Assembly (NCBI GenBank): GCA_030265395.1
Contig: JARFYF010000118.1
Location: forward strand, 23,602,137 to 23,666,136
Length of the DNA: 64,000 nucleotides
Source of the DNA: Rhina ancylostomus
Taxonomy: Eukaryota
Direction: 5' to 3'
This document shows positions 53,101-64,000 of the stretch, in pieces. The position numbers and the translations under genes were made by a program. Every line of letters begins with the position of its first letter. Positions within the stretch are counted from its first letter, which is position 1. The notes under the pieces are model-generated. The model was given only the letters and a program-made list of their open reading frames with translations. It did not search any database and was not told where the DNA came from.

Positions 53101-54229
53101 AAATCAGACCTTTGCTAAAGAGAGTCTAATGACAACACCAGGCCAGGCAATGGAATTTTGTTGAACTTGTTTGTCTAAGCAGTCGCAGGAGACGCCTGAA
53201 AGCCAAAAAGACCAGTGGAATTGTACACCAGCACAATGAATGTTTTCAGAAGAATTAAAAAAAAGGATTAGTCCTGTTAAAAATTAGACATTCATGGTCT
53301 GCACAGTTCAACAGCATTGGACAGTATTCCAGTGCCATGCATTAAATCAGTCAACAGGTGTGCTGTTCTAGCACAGGATCTTGTGCAATAAGAGAACATA
53401 CTGGTATTAAACACTCAATTAATGAAGCTGTCATCGAGCTGCCTGGTATGGCCATGCTGCTCTACGATATGCACGTGACTCCATCACTCACATCTTTCGC
53501 GACACAGAACAGCTGGCATTTCTGCAATACCAAAACTGAAATACATCTTTCACCTTCAGTTATATGTCGGGTGATTGACATGTACATGTGCTGACTTAAA
53601 TAATCAGTCTAGTTCAAATTGCAGATTATCACTGCAGCATGCAAAACACAGCAATATTTAGAAGCTAACTCAAAATCAAATAATCATGCAGAACAGAAGG
53701 CCAGTAGAACCATCATGTTAGTGTCAGCTTCTTTGAAAGAGCTATCCCATTCCCTTGCCTCTATCCTCAAAGATCTGTAGTTTTTCCCTTTTCTATTTTG
53801 GAAGTTATTATTAGATCTGCTTCCATCACCCTTCCAGATCTTGGCAAGTCACTGAACAAAAAAAGTCATCTTTCTGTTGGTACTTCTGTCAATTACTTTC
53901 AAGCTGTGCCTTTTGGTTAGCCAAATACTCTGCCTACAGACAAGTTTGTTTTTTTTCCTCTTTTTCAATTGGAAAGAGTCCTGGCCCTAATATTACACTG
54001 TAAGTGTAAGCATTTCATTTTCTATTTATTTACAAAGAAATCCAGAAAATTTGAGAAGGTTGTTAAATTATGCTGTTTCTCATTTCACTTTTTTTCTAGC
54101 CACCAGTACATTTTCTATTACATTTCTCTCACTCCTCTATCTGAAAATTAACTAGGAGGGAGAGGGGAAGATGAACAGATCAGTAGTGAAAGATGTCAAC
54201 CTGATGCCATTTTATTTTGATATTCAATT

Positions 54230-54545
54230 ATAGAGCACTACAGCACAGAAACAGGCCCTTCAGCCCATCTAGTCCATGCCAGCTGGTTTTCTGCATAGTC
54301 CCATCACCTGCACCCGGACCATAGCCCTCCATACCTCTCTTATCNNNNNNNNNNNNNNNNNNNNNNNNNNNNNNNNNNNNNNNNNNNNNNNNNNNNNNNN
54401 NNNNNNNNNNNNNNNNNNNNNNNNNNNNNNNNNNNNNNNNNNNNCCCTATAGAGGTTTATAAAATTATAAGAGACATAGATAGGGTAGATAGTCTTTGTT
54501 CCCAAGGTACGAGAGTATAAAACCAGAGGGCATACATTTAAGGTA
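54230..54545. mobile_element. CR1 3' tail (-) and CR1 piece (+) on either side of a 100-N gap
   Basis: tagagcactacagcacagaaacaggccc before the gap and atagaggtttataaaattataagagac after it. Confidence 0.7.
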
Positions 54546-55227
54546 TGTTTAAGGTTCTATGTCTGTGTTTCAGGTCAAAACCCTGCATTCGATCCTGACA
54601 ATTCCTTTACTCCCACAGAGTCTTTTTTGGAAGGCCATAATCCTCAACTAGTAAGGTATCAAAGATATGCTCATACTTTAAAGGTATACTTACAGTTATA
54701 TACACTACATTAGTGTGACTTCTGGGAATCTGCAGAAAGTGGGTAGTCACCTTTGGCTTCCATAACTGGAGTGCAATCAAAACGACAGTGCAAAGCTCCT
54801 CTTAGGAGTGGACCCAACTTTTTCATCCGTGCATGCTTGCAGGAGGCCCAAAATTCCCAACAGTAAACCCAGCAAAGTCTTCTGTGGAACTGCCTACATC
54901 CCCCAAGGAATTCCAGGCTGTTGTGTTTGGTAGTTCTGCAGCATTGTGCAAGAAGAGGCACACAGCAGTGCTCCATTCACTCTGTCATCTGAAAGGGCAA
55001 GGTGACATTTTTCTGGCAACTTGATTCATAAACACCTTGCTGAACTGAGCCTCTCTGCTTACAATGTTCAAAGGCATTTGTGCAAGCCAAGAGGAGTGAA
55101 CAGAGCCTGAGCAAATTAAGGACAGTGTCTGTACTTGGCATAATGATGCATCTCAGCATCATTCAGTAATGGTATTTTCTTGTTCATTGGCAAACAAAAT
55201 TGCCAGCACTTATTCCGGTTGCTTTTT

Positions 55228-56379
55228 GAACATAGAGTCATAAAGTACTTCAGCACAGAAACAGGCCCTTGGGTCCAGGCAGAAGATCAGGTCGTCATGG
55301 ACTAGGTGGGCCAATCTACCTGCACCCGAACCATATCCCTCCAAACTCCTCCCATATGTACCTTTCCAAACCTCTCTTAAATGTTACAATTGAACCTGCA
55401 TCTACGACTTCTGCTGGCAGGTCATTCCACACTGACACCACCCTCTGAGTGAAGTAGTTCCCCCTCAGATTCCCCTTAAATATTTCACTTTTCACCCTAA
55501 ACCTATGACCTCTAGTTCTAGTCTCATCCAGCCTGAGGGGGAACAAGCCTGCATGCATTCACCCTATCTATACCCCTCATAATTTTGTATACTTCCATAG
55601 GATCTCCCCTCATTCTCCTGCGCTCCAGGGAATAAAGTTCTAAACTATTCAGCCTATGCCTGTAACTCAGGTCCCCAAGTCCCAGCAACTTCTGTATAAA
55701 TTTTCTCTGCACTCAATCCTCTAAGTTTTGACCAATGTCTTATACAACTTCAAAATAACATTCCAATGCCTGTACTCAATGCCTTGATTTATGAAGACCA
55801 AAATGCCAAAAGCTCTCTTGAGCCCTATCTACCTGTGAGGCCACTTTCAAAGAACTATGGACCTGTATTCCCAGGTCCCTTTTTCTACTGCACACCTCAG
55901 TACCCTACTATTCACTGTGCAAGTCCTACCCTGGTTTAGTTTTCCTCTCTGTCCACTATGCCCCCAATCTTGGTATCATCCGCAAATCTGCTGATCTAGA
56001 TTACCACATTATCATTTAAATCATTAATATAGATGATAAACAACAGCAGACCCAGCACCAATCCCTGCAGCACACCACTAGTTACAGACCTCCAGTCAGA
56101 GAGATAACCATCTACTACCACTCTCTGGCTTCCCCCACGAAGCAAACATTGAATCTAATTGACTACTCCATCCTGAATGCCAAGCGACTTAACCTTCTGG
56201 ACCAGCTTCCCATGCGGGACTTTGTCAAAGGCCTTGCTGAAGTCCACACAGATAACGTCCGCCAGCTTGTCTTTATCAACCTCCTCGAAAAACTCTATAA
56301 GATTGGTTAAACATGACCTGCCACACACAAAGCTATACTGACTACCCCTGACCAGGCCCTGTCTATCCAAGTACTTATA
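55228..56379 (-). mobile_element. CR1 LINE, RT domain to 3' tail
   Basis: GRSCLTNLIEFFEEV, VDFSKAFDKVPHGKLVQKV, LYSLERRRMRGD, TRGHRFRVK and NYFTQRVVSVWNDLP. Confidence 0.92.
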
Positions 56380-56724
56380 CAGTGGCATGCAAACGCTTGG
56401 GCACCCGTGGTCAAAATTTCTGTTACTGTGACTAGCTAAGCGAGTAAAAGATGACCTGATTTCCAAAAGGCATAAAGTTACAGATGACACATTTCTTTAA
56501 TATTTTAAACAAAATTATCTTTTTATTTCTATCTTTAACAGCTTCAAAACATCAAAAACAAAAGGGCCCAAAGCAAAAGTTTGGGCACCCTGCATGGTCA
56601 GTACTTAGTAAAACCCCCTTTGGCAAGTATCACAGCTTGTAAACACTTTCTGTAGCCAGCTAAGAGTCTTTCATTTCTTGTTTGGGGGATTTTCACCCAT
56701 TCTTCCTTGCAAAAGGCTTCTAGT
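56380..56724 (-). mobile_element. Tc1-family DNA transposon 3' end (IR/DR-type terminal repeat plus transposase C-terminus) inserted into the CR1
   Basis: TA|CAGTGGCATGCAAA terminus and direct repeats gcaaa....tgggcaccc at 56389-56406 and 56573-56590. Peptide LEAFCKEEWVKIPQTRNERLLAGYRKCLQAVILAKGGFTKY* (stop at 56598-56600). Confidence 0.9.
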
Positions 56725-56999
56725 NNNNNNNNNNNNNNNNNNNNNNNNNNNNNNNNNNNNNNNNNNNNNNNNNNNNNNNNNNNNNNNNNNNNNNNNNNNN
56801 NNNNNNNNNNNNNNNNNNNNNNNNCATAGAACCATAGAACAATACAGCACAATACAGGCCCTTCGGCCCACCATGTTGTGCCGTCCATCAAACCACACCT
56901 CCCACCATCTAACCCTTTTTTTTGCCGGGCGGGGTAATAATACAACTGTAATAGTTGTATGATAGTAAATAACCTAGAATAAAATTAAGAGATTTTAAA

Positions 57000-57430
57000 C
57001 CAACAGCAAAGCATGCCCCAAACCTCAATTATAACCTGCTTTAGCATTAGAGGTCTGTTTGGATTAGACAAGTACAGGGACAATAAAGACCCAGAGGAGG
57101 GTTTCAGCAGCAAATGTGCAATGGCCAGGAGTAATGTCCTCAAGCTGGAAACATGCAGTTGTAGTGACAGTGCAGATATCTGGTCTGAAGCTTGTCTTGA
57201 GGTCAACTATGAGAGCAAGGTGTGAACAGTTTGTTTCCATTTCAGAGAGTTGACAGGAAGAGGGACAGAGCTGGCAGCTAAGAAATGTAGTTCGCTGTGG
57301 TGACCATAGACAATGGTATCAAACAGAAGCATTTTTTTAAAATCCAAAAACACAGTCTGACAATTTAGAGACACTGAACAGGTTGAGAAAGGTGTCAGCG
57401 GGGGAAGAGCTTGGTGTTAACTCTATAAAT
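57000..57430 (-). mobile_element. Old L2-like fragment
   Basis: Colinear with 34850-35130 (gagggtttcagcagc...tgaggtcaactatgagagcaaggtgtgaacag). Confidence 0.55.
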
Positions 57431-57544
57431 CTGGCTGCATCAACTTTTAGAAACAGAAGAAAAATTAGCAAGAGTTCGGGGGGAGGCAGAAGGATGGAAG
57501 AATTTATAAGAGGGAGGGAAACAGAAAGTGATCAGATGGCTTCC

Positions 57545-57772
57545 TCCACTTGAATCTACCACTCACCTATACACTAGGGGTAATTTACAGTGCCAATTAA
57601 CCTACCAACCTCACACCTTTGGAATGTATGAGGAAACTGGAGCATCTGGAGAAAACCCATGTGGTTACAGGGAGAACGCGCAAGCTCTGACCAGGCAACA
57701 CCTGAAGTCAGGATTGAACCCCGGTCACTGGTGTTGTGAGGCAGCGTCTCTATTATCAGCACCTCTGTACCA
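57545..57772 (-). mobile_element. V-SINE (HE1-like)
   Basis: aggaaactggagcatctggagaaaacccatgtggttacagggagaacgcgcaagctc...ggattgaaccccggtc (reverse B box). Confidence 0.8.
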
Positions 57773-58381
57773 CCTTACAGAATGTAAACTTGTTGCATAT
57801 GTCTTTCTTTAAATGTCAGCCATTGCCTCTCTACTGTCATACCCTTTAATACTATCAGTACCTTTAATACAATCTATCACAACCAACCCATCCCTCATAC
57901 CTTTACAATCTCCTTAATTTAGATTCAAAACCTGGTTTCAATTACAACTATAATCTCTTATAAACTTGGAATAAAATTCTACCATATTATTGTTAGTCTT
58001 ATTTAGAGGCCCCTTAACAAGATAATTAATTAACCCTTTCTAATTATACAGTAACAGATCTAAAATAGCCTGTTCCTTAGTCAGATCTTCAACATACCAG
58101 TTTAGAAATCCATCTGAAATATACTTCAGGAATTCATTCATTACACCGTTAGTAATGATCTGATCAGTCGATATGAAGATCGAAGTCCATCATAATTACA
58201 TGTAACAGTCATTTTCTTACTTATACCATGCTCTACATCACAACTAATATTTGGAAACCTATGAATGTTTTGCCTGTACTTTCTGCATGTAGAAGACCTT
58301 GAACATTTAGTTTTCAGTTCTGAACACCCTGCGGTCACATTTCTGCAATCACAATTAAATTATTCCTATTTACCATACTGT

Positions 58382-59105
58382 ACATAGAATTGTACAGCAC
58401 AGAAATAGGCCTTTCGGCCCACCATGTCCATGTCAACCTTTTTGCCAATCTACACCAATCCCATTTGCCTGCATCAAGGCTGTAAGCTTTTACGTCTTCC
58501 TACTTAAGTGTCTGTCCAAATGTCTCTTAAACATAGTATCTGATTCTACCGCCTCCTCCGGCAGGCCGTTCCAGAAGAATAACCACTCTCTATTTAAAAA
58601 CTTACCCCTCAAATCTCCTTTAAAACTCCTTCCTCTCACCTTAAACCTATCCACTCTAGTTTTTGATACTCCTACCATGTCCACATCCATCTCCTTCAAA
58701 ACTCTCCGACGTAGGTCATCAGGTACTAATACTAATTTCTTTAAACTCATTCACTTTAGACCTCTGGTTCTCCAATATTTTTGGGAGGTTTCCTTTGCCT
58801 TCATCCATGAAGACAAACTACTTGTTTAACTTCCCTGTCATTTCCTATTGCCCAAAATAAGATGAGAAGAATTTCTTAACTCAGAAGGCCATGAACCTTT
58901 AAAATGTTCAACCCTGGAGAGCTGTAAGAGTTCAGTCATTATGTATATTGAAAACAAATAAAAATAGATTATTAGATATCAACAAAACCAAGGGATTTGA
59001 GTTTAGTGCTGGAGAATGGCATGATGGTAAAAGATCATGCATCTTCATATTGACATGTAGAGCAGCCACTGGAGTCCGAATGGCCGACTCCTGCCTCAAT
59101 TTCTT
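58382..59105. mobile_element. CR1 3' ends at 58382-58675 (-) and 58860-59105 (+)
   Basis: KTRVDRFKVRGRSFKGDLRGKF peptide and gaatggccgactcctgcctcaatttctta. Confidence 0.8.
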
Positions 59106-59977
59106 AAATACTTAGAAGCGCCAGTAAAGTCCCAATCTAGTCACTCATTCTGAAACATACAAGATAACAAGTTATCCTTGTTAAGTGCACAAATATTCCT
59201 GATCCAAGAATGCACCACCCCACCACCACTCTCATATTGGGCCCAAATTCCAGCCTCGGTGCCAATATCGGGTCAGCAGCTTACCGCCCTTTGAAGAGGT
59301 TGTTTGGGGTGTATCCTTTCAAATGAGAGATGTGCAACTCCAGATTTCTTGCTACTGAACTCTTTAAGCTGTGTTAAAGTTTTTAGACAATCAAGACTTA
59401 AAAGACATGAACCCTGCTGAAGGATCAGTTGGAAGATACCGAACTGTCCACAGGCACTCCTATATTTTGTGGCTCTGCAGAATCAGTTGACCTGCGATCT
59501 GGTTGCTATAACTTCCCACAGACAAGACGTGATCATCAACGAGATCTCAGATGGCAGGTGCTATGGCCCCAAGCGCACAGATGAGACATTGAAAAATAAA
59601 ATCGCTCAAAATAATTTAAAATGAAATAATTAATTTAAAACAATGAAAGATAAAGCTAACGACTTACCTGCATTAAACTTTTAAAATCAAGAGCAGCAAA
59701 CAATATGGTATCCTACTATCTGTACTAGATATGGCTGATGTAAAGCCGAGCGACCAAATGCAAATTGCATCTGGACTGTGAGCCAAGTGGTTCTCTATGG
59801 AACTGCTGGCCAGAGGCAAGTACATTATGGCCTACGATTACAAGGCTATTGCAAATGATGTGTTATGTACAATTTAGGACTAGTGTTTAAAATAAAAACT
59901 CATTATAACAAGGATGCATGTTCTTAAAATGGGTCAAGCTGATACCCTTTCCTGAATATTAGCCTAATGAATTAAAA

Positions 59978-60190
59978 GTAGAATATACTGGAAACACTCA
60001 ACAGATCAAGCAACAGCTTTGGAAAGAGAAACAGAATTAATATTTCAGATCAATGATTCTTCATTAAAGTTCTGACAACAGGACTTCAACCCTAAATATT
60101 AAATGTTTCTCTTTCCACAGATGCTGCCTGATCTGCTGAGTGTTTCCAGCATTTGATGTTTTTATTTCAGATTTCCAGCATCTGCAGATT
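59978..60190. mobile_element. Older palindromic Penelope-derived element
   Basis: ctggaaacactcaacagatcaagc is inverted relative to gcctgatctgctgagtgtttccag. The hammerhead core is decayed. Confidence 0.75.
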
Positions 60191-61794
60191 TTTTTAAAAT
60201 NNNNNNNNNNNNNNNNNNNNNNNNNNNNNNNNNNNNNNNNNNNNNNNNNNNNNNNNNNNNNNNNNNNNNNNNNNNNNNNNNNNNNNNNNNNNNNNNNNNN
60301 NNNNNNNNNNNNNNNNNNNNNNNNNNNNNNNNNNNNNNNNNNNNNNNNNNNNNNNNNNNNNNNNNNNNNNNNNNNNNNNNNNNNNAACATCATACACACT
60401 GCTTGGCCTCGCCACAACAATTTTTATTGCTTTCATTATGAGGTTTTAAAAAGCAAATTCAAAATAAATAAAACAGTAGCTGCAAATCTTGGTATGAATC
60501 TCATAAAAAAGTTAATTGAGAAATATACTGAAGTAAGAGTACTGTAACTCTAAACAAGTGCCTCCCAAAGGAGAGATTAATGACAGCACATGCACACTCA
60601 TGCTACATAATTGTACTTGCTCCAACACAGGTGAGGAAAAAACAATCAATTAATCATCTAGATCAAGGTGCCGGTTGTAATGTGTTGCCCATTATCATAG
60701 CACCAAGTGATAACAATCCTTATTCCCCAGAAACACACTTCATCAAACTTTCCATTTCAAGTTATCATTGTTTTCATGGCTGTAAAGAAATTATTACTGC
60801 ATTGGTCTATATACCACACTCAGGCATTTTATTATTACATTCCACTTAAAAGCTATTGTTAGCCAGCAGTTTCACGGTACTTTGACAGTGGGGAGAAGAT
60901 GATGGGTGGGAGAAGATGGAGAGAATATGTTCTAAGAAATAGAAAGGGATATAAAGTACAGATAAGAATATTTTAAAGTTGCCCAAACAACTGATATGTT
61001 GTAGGTTTGAGTACTAATCAAGAAATAAGAACAGCCTGTAACAAAGATAATTCAATAAATGTGTGGAACTTCCTCTTCATGTTGAAATGAAATAACAATA
61101 GGTTTAGAAGACAAGTTCACAAAATGCATTTAAAGCAATATCCTGGAACATTAAGTAAAGGAGCCAAGCTCCAAACAGGCTTGTTTCGATCTTCTCCAAC
61201 AAGACTGAGTTAATCAGTAATCTTTTAAGGAATGTTCTAAGTAAGAATGGTTGAAATATGATAAAAATTTTGTATTAATTTTGAGAATAATCTATTCAGG
61301 AGCAAAATTGGAATGTTTATTTGCGGTGGGGGGGAGGGGGTAGCTAAGATAGGTTGAAAATGAGAATAAAAAAGGTATGACATCCATTAAACAATCACAA
61401 ATGTTTAGGGAAATATTTTATTATTGTCAATGAAGATATAGTGAAAGAGATTTAGGTAGCTGACTAAAAAGTTTCAAGTTGGTATCCGATTATAAAAAGG
61501 ATCAGAAAAGTTTTTAGAAATCAGCAAAAGGTGATCAAAAATTAACAGAGGAAATAGTTTGAAAATAACAAGTAATAGAAAAATATATTGTAAGAGCATC
61601 TCAAAACTACTTCAAAGAGAGGCAAAAGTAAACACAGGTCCGTCCTGAACAGAGAAAATAGGGACACGATAAATATTTAATCAAATATTTTGTATTTGTC
61701 TTAATAGCCCAAAACACCAATTGAAAAAAAAAGTCAGAAAGCTTGAGGTCCAATGACAGCAAGGAACCCAAAATAATTAATATCACCACCTGGA

Positions 61795-62027
61795 AGTTGC
61801 CCTCCAAGCCACACACTATCATGACTTAGAAATATATTGCAGTGGCTTCACTGTCACTAGGTCAAAATCCAGGAACTCACTCTCCCAACAGCAATGTGTG
61901 TATACCCACACTTCAAGGACCTCAGCGGTTAAGAAGTGAGCTCACTACCACCTTCTCAAGAGTAACTAAAGATGGACAATTAAATACTGGCTCAGCCTGC
62001 CCTTGAATTCCCTTGAATGAATAAAAA
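61795..62027 (+). mobile_element. CR1/L2-group LINE 3' end (related piece at ~45215-45370)
   Basis: ccaagccacacactatcatgacttagaaatat...ccaccttctcaagag...tgaatgaataaaaa. Confidence 0.55.
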
Positions 62028-62559
62028 GAGGAAGCACTATAGAGATGAACGGGAATAAAAGTGAACAAATTTGCTAGGATTGATTGCCTACACTCTGGGT
62101 GATCCCAAAAGTGGCATGGGGGGCTGCAGAGATCATATGTACATTAATATTGACCTTTCATATCTGGTTATGAATCTTACAAAAAATATTGTTTAATTTT
62201 ATATAACAAAGATTACTTAACCAAACATCAATAGTTAGGAGGATACTGGAAACCAATATTAAGGAAGTTGTAACAAGGCACTCAGAAAATCAAAATATGA
62301 TCAGATAGATTCAGCATGTTTTTGTGAAAGAAAAAAATACATTTGTCAGGGTTTATCTGAGGGAACCAGAGGATGAAATGTATAAAATTCCTTTTGAAAA
62401 TCCAAATAAGGTACCAGATCAAAAAAAAGGTTTTCATTCTGCCTGTACTTCACCATACTTGTACATATGACAATAAACTCAACTTGACTAGACTGGAAGT
62501 GGTTGTTACACAAAGGGTGGAGGGTGCAGAACGGTGCAACAGATCAAGTAGGGGGAATC

Positions 62560-62990
62560 AGAATATAATGTTCAGTTCAGGAGTCTTGCATCAGGCATGC
62601 AGACTATATGAGTTTTTCACCAGAGGTGGTTGAGGATAATCAGAGCCACAATGCTGCGCATGTCTGCTGATTTGCTCATCTTGCCAGTAAATTTGAAGTA
62701 TCTTGGGAGACAAAATTGTAGTACCTCTGCAGTGCACTGAGGTGCCTGCTGTACATAGCTGTGATGCAGAAGTGTACAGGAGGGCAAGGATCACTGCTGC
62801 CCAATAGACTTTAAGCTTCATGCTGTGTTTTAGGTTGATCTTTAAACCATCCTTCTGTAACAACATCAAAACCTCTGCTGGCACACAAGAGNNNNNNNNN
62901 NNNNNNNNNNNNNNNNNNNNNNNNNNNGAGATGGATAAAGTGATCCTCATTTTTCAGGGTCATATCAAAAATCTTTGTTGGCAGAATGCA
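62560..62990 (-). mobile_element. Degenerate RTE-clade LINE C-terminal fragment
   Basis: MKLKVYWAAVILALLYTS and KILQIYWQD resemble the RTE motifs TKLKVYRAVVL.TLLY and IL.I.WQD. Confidence 0.7.
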
Positions 62991-63789
62991 CTAGATTGAG
63001 ATGAAAAAATTTTTGGACACAAAGGGAATTTAAGGAAATGGGGAATAGGCAAAATGAATGAAATGGGGCTAAGCCAAGATTGGTCTGAGTGCTAGAGCAG
63101 ACACAAAGTCACATGACCTACACCAGTTCCTATATTTTATGGTTTTTTGATTAGTATCATATCACAGAATTTCCTCTCATTTTTTTCTACTTGCTAAGTT
63201 TTTCCTCCTTGTGTGAAATACTAAGATATGGTATACAGGGACTGCGACCATCTAGTATCATGCCCAACTTGCTGTATGTCACCTAGGCAATAGTGAGTGC
63301 TGACAAGTCCAGTCAGAGATTCTCAGCCACTGCAAGGATTACTAACTTAAAGTTTGGATCTGTGTCCAATTTCCTCTTTTGCTGCCTCAGGTGCACCAAA
63401 ACCAATCAGTTATTTCGGCTGAGGTTAAGACAACTCAGCATAGAGCAGGAATTAACTTTGGGATATCACAGTTTGTTCATTTGCTGCTACTGAATTAAAA
63501 AAAACACAAGGCCTCAGGCGGTTAATGTAATTTGTGAACTAGTAATTACGTTACTGATTTTTCCCCTTTGAACCACATTTAATTTCTAAGGTTCACAGGA
63601 TCAATGAAGATTTTGGCTTTTCAGAAAACTAAATACATCTGGGAAAAAGCAAAATAACTGAAATTAAAGTGAACAGATTCATATAACTCATTAAATTAAG
63701 CAAATCAACCCCAGTAGTTAAGTATTCCCCTTTATCAAAATATTCCAACATTGAATGTTCCAACATTTGTTTGTGAATTGGATATTCAA

Positions 63790-64000
63790 GATTCTGAGGG
63801 GGATTAACTGGATAGATATTTCAAACTGGAGATGTTAGAAGTGGGAGCAAGGTCTTATCACATTCAGAACTGAGAAGAAGAATTATGTTGTGGGTTGTAA
63901 ATTGTTGGAATTTTCAACCTCTGAGAGGTGTGGATGCTCAGAGTATATTCAAGACTGAGATTAATCACTTGGACTCCAAGGGAACCAGAAAAGGAAGAGG
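63790..64000 (+). mobile_element. CR1 3' fragment
   Basis: gattctgagggggatt...ggtgtggatgctcagagtatattcaagactgag. Confidence 0.7.

Noticed and set aside
54230-54545. Twin-primed inverted CR1
   Set aside because: The inversion point lies in a 100-N gap of unknown size, so contiguity cannot be established.
54750-54988. Exon-like minus-strand segment with a good acceptor
   Set aside because: Stops in all three frames from the acceptor, a weak donor and no homology.
1-64000. CRISPR arrays, operons, rRNA/tRNA genes, and the many 60-170 aa ORFs in the track
   Set aside because: The sequence is vertebrate intron with no regularly spaced repeat-spacer array. The ORFs are transposon fragments, N-spanning artefacts or chance. 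tRNA-like boxes belong to SINE heads.

Overview
AT-rich vertebrate DNA from a gappy scaffold. The repeat set (HE1/V-SINE, DeuSINE, CR1/HER1, Rex1/Babar, Penelope) points to an elasmobranch, probably a ray; this is inferred. Almost all of the window is intron of a minus-strand gene. One convincing 157-nt coding exon (33607-33763) resembles an internal exon of ZC3H3, and I could not find its neighbouring exons here. The rest is decayed retroelements (CR1, L2, Rex1/Babar, RTE, Penelope-like elements [PLE], solo LTRs), SINEs and one Tc1 end. The most notable signal is about ten PLE terminal-repeat copies carrying a minimal type I hammerhead ribozyme core. Several form short palindromic elements with 8-13 bp target-site duplications (TSDs). 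One clearly holds, and another abuts, a copy of nearby unique DNA. There is also a triple-nested insertion with readable TSDs and several repeat-free, motif-rich blocks that may be enhancers. Family assignments come from recalled motifs, not database searches. Repeat boundaries are approximate unless a TSD is given.
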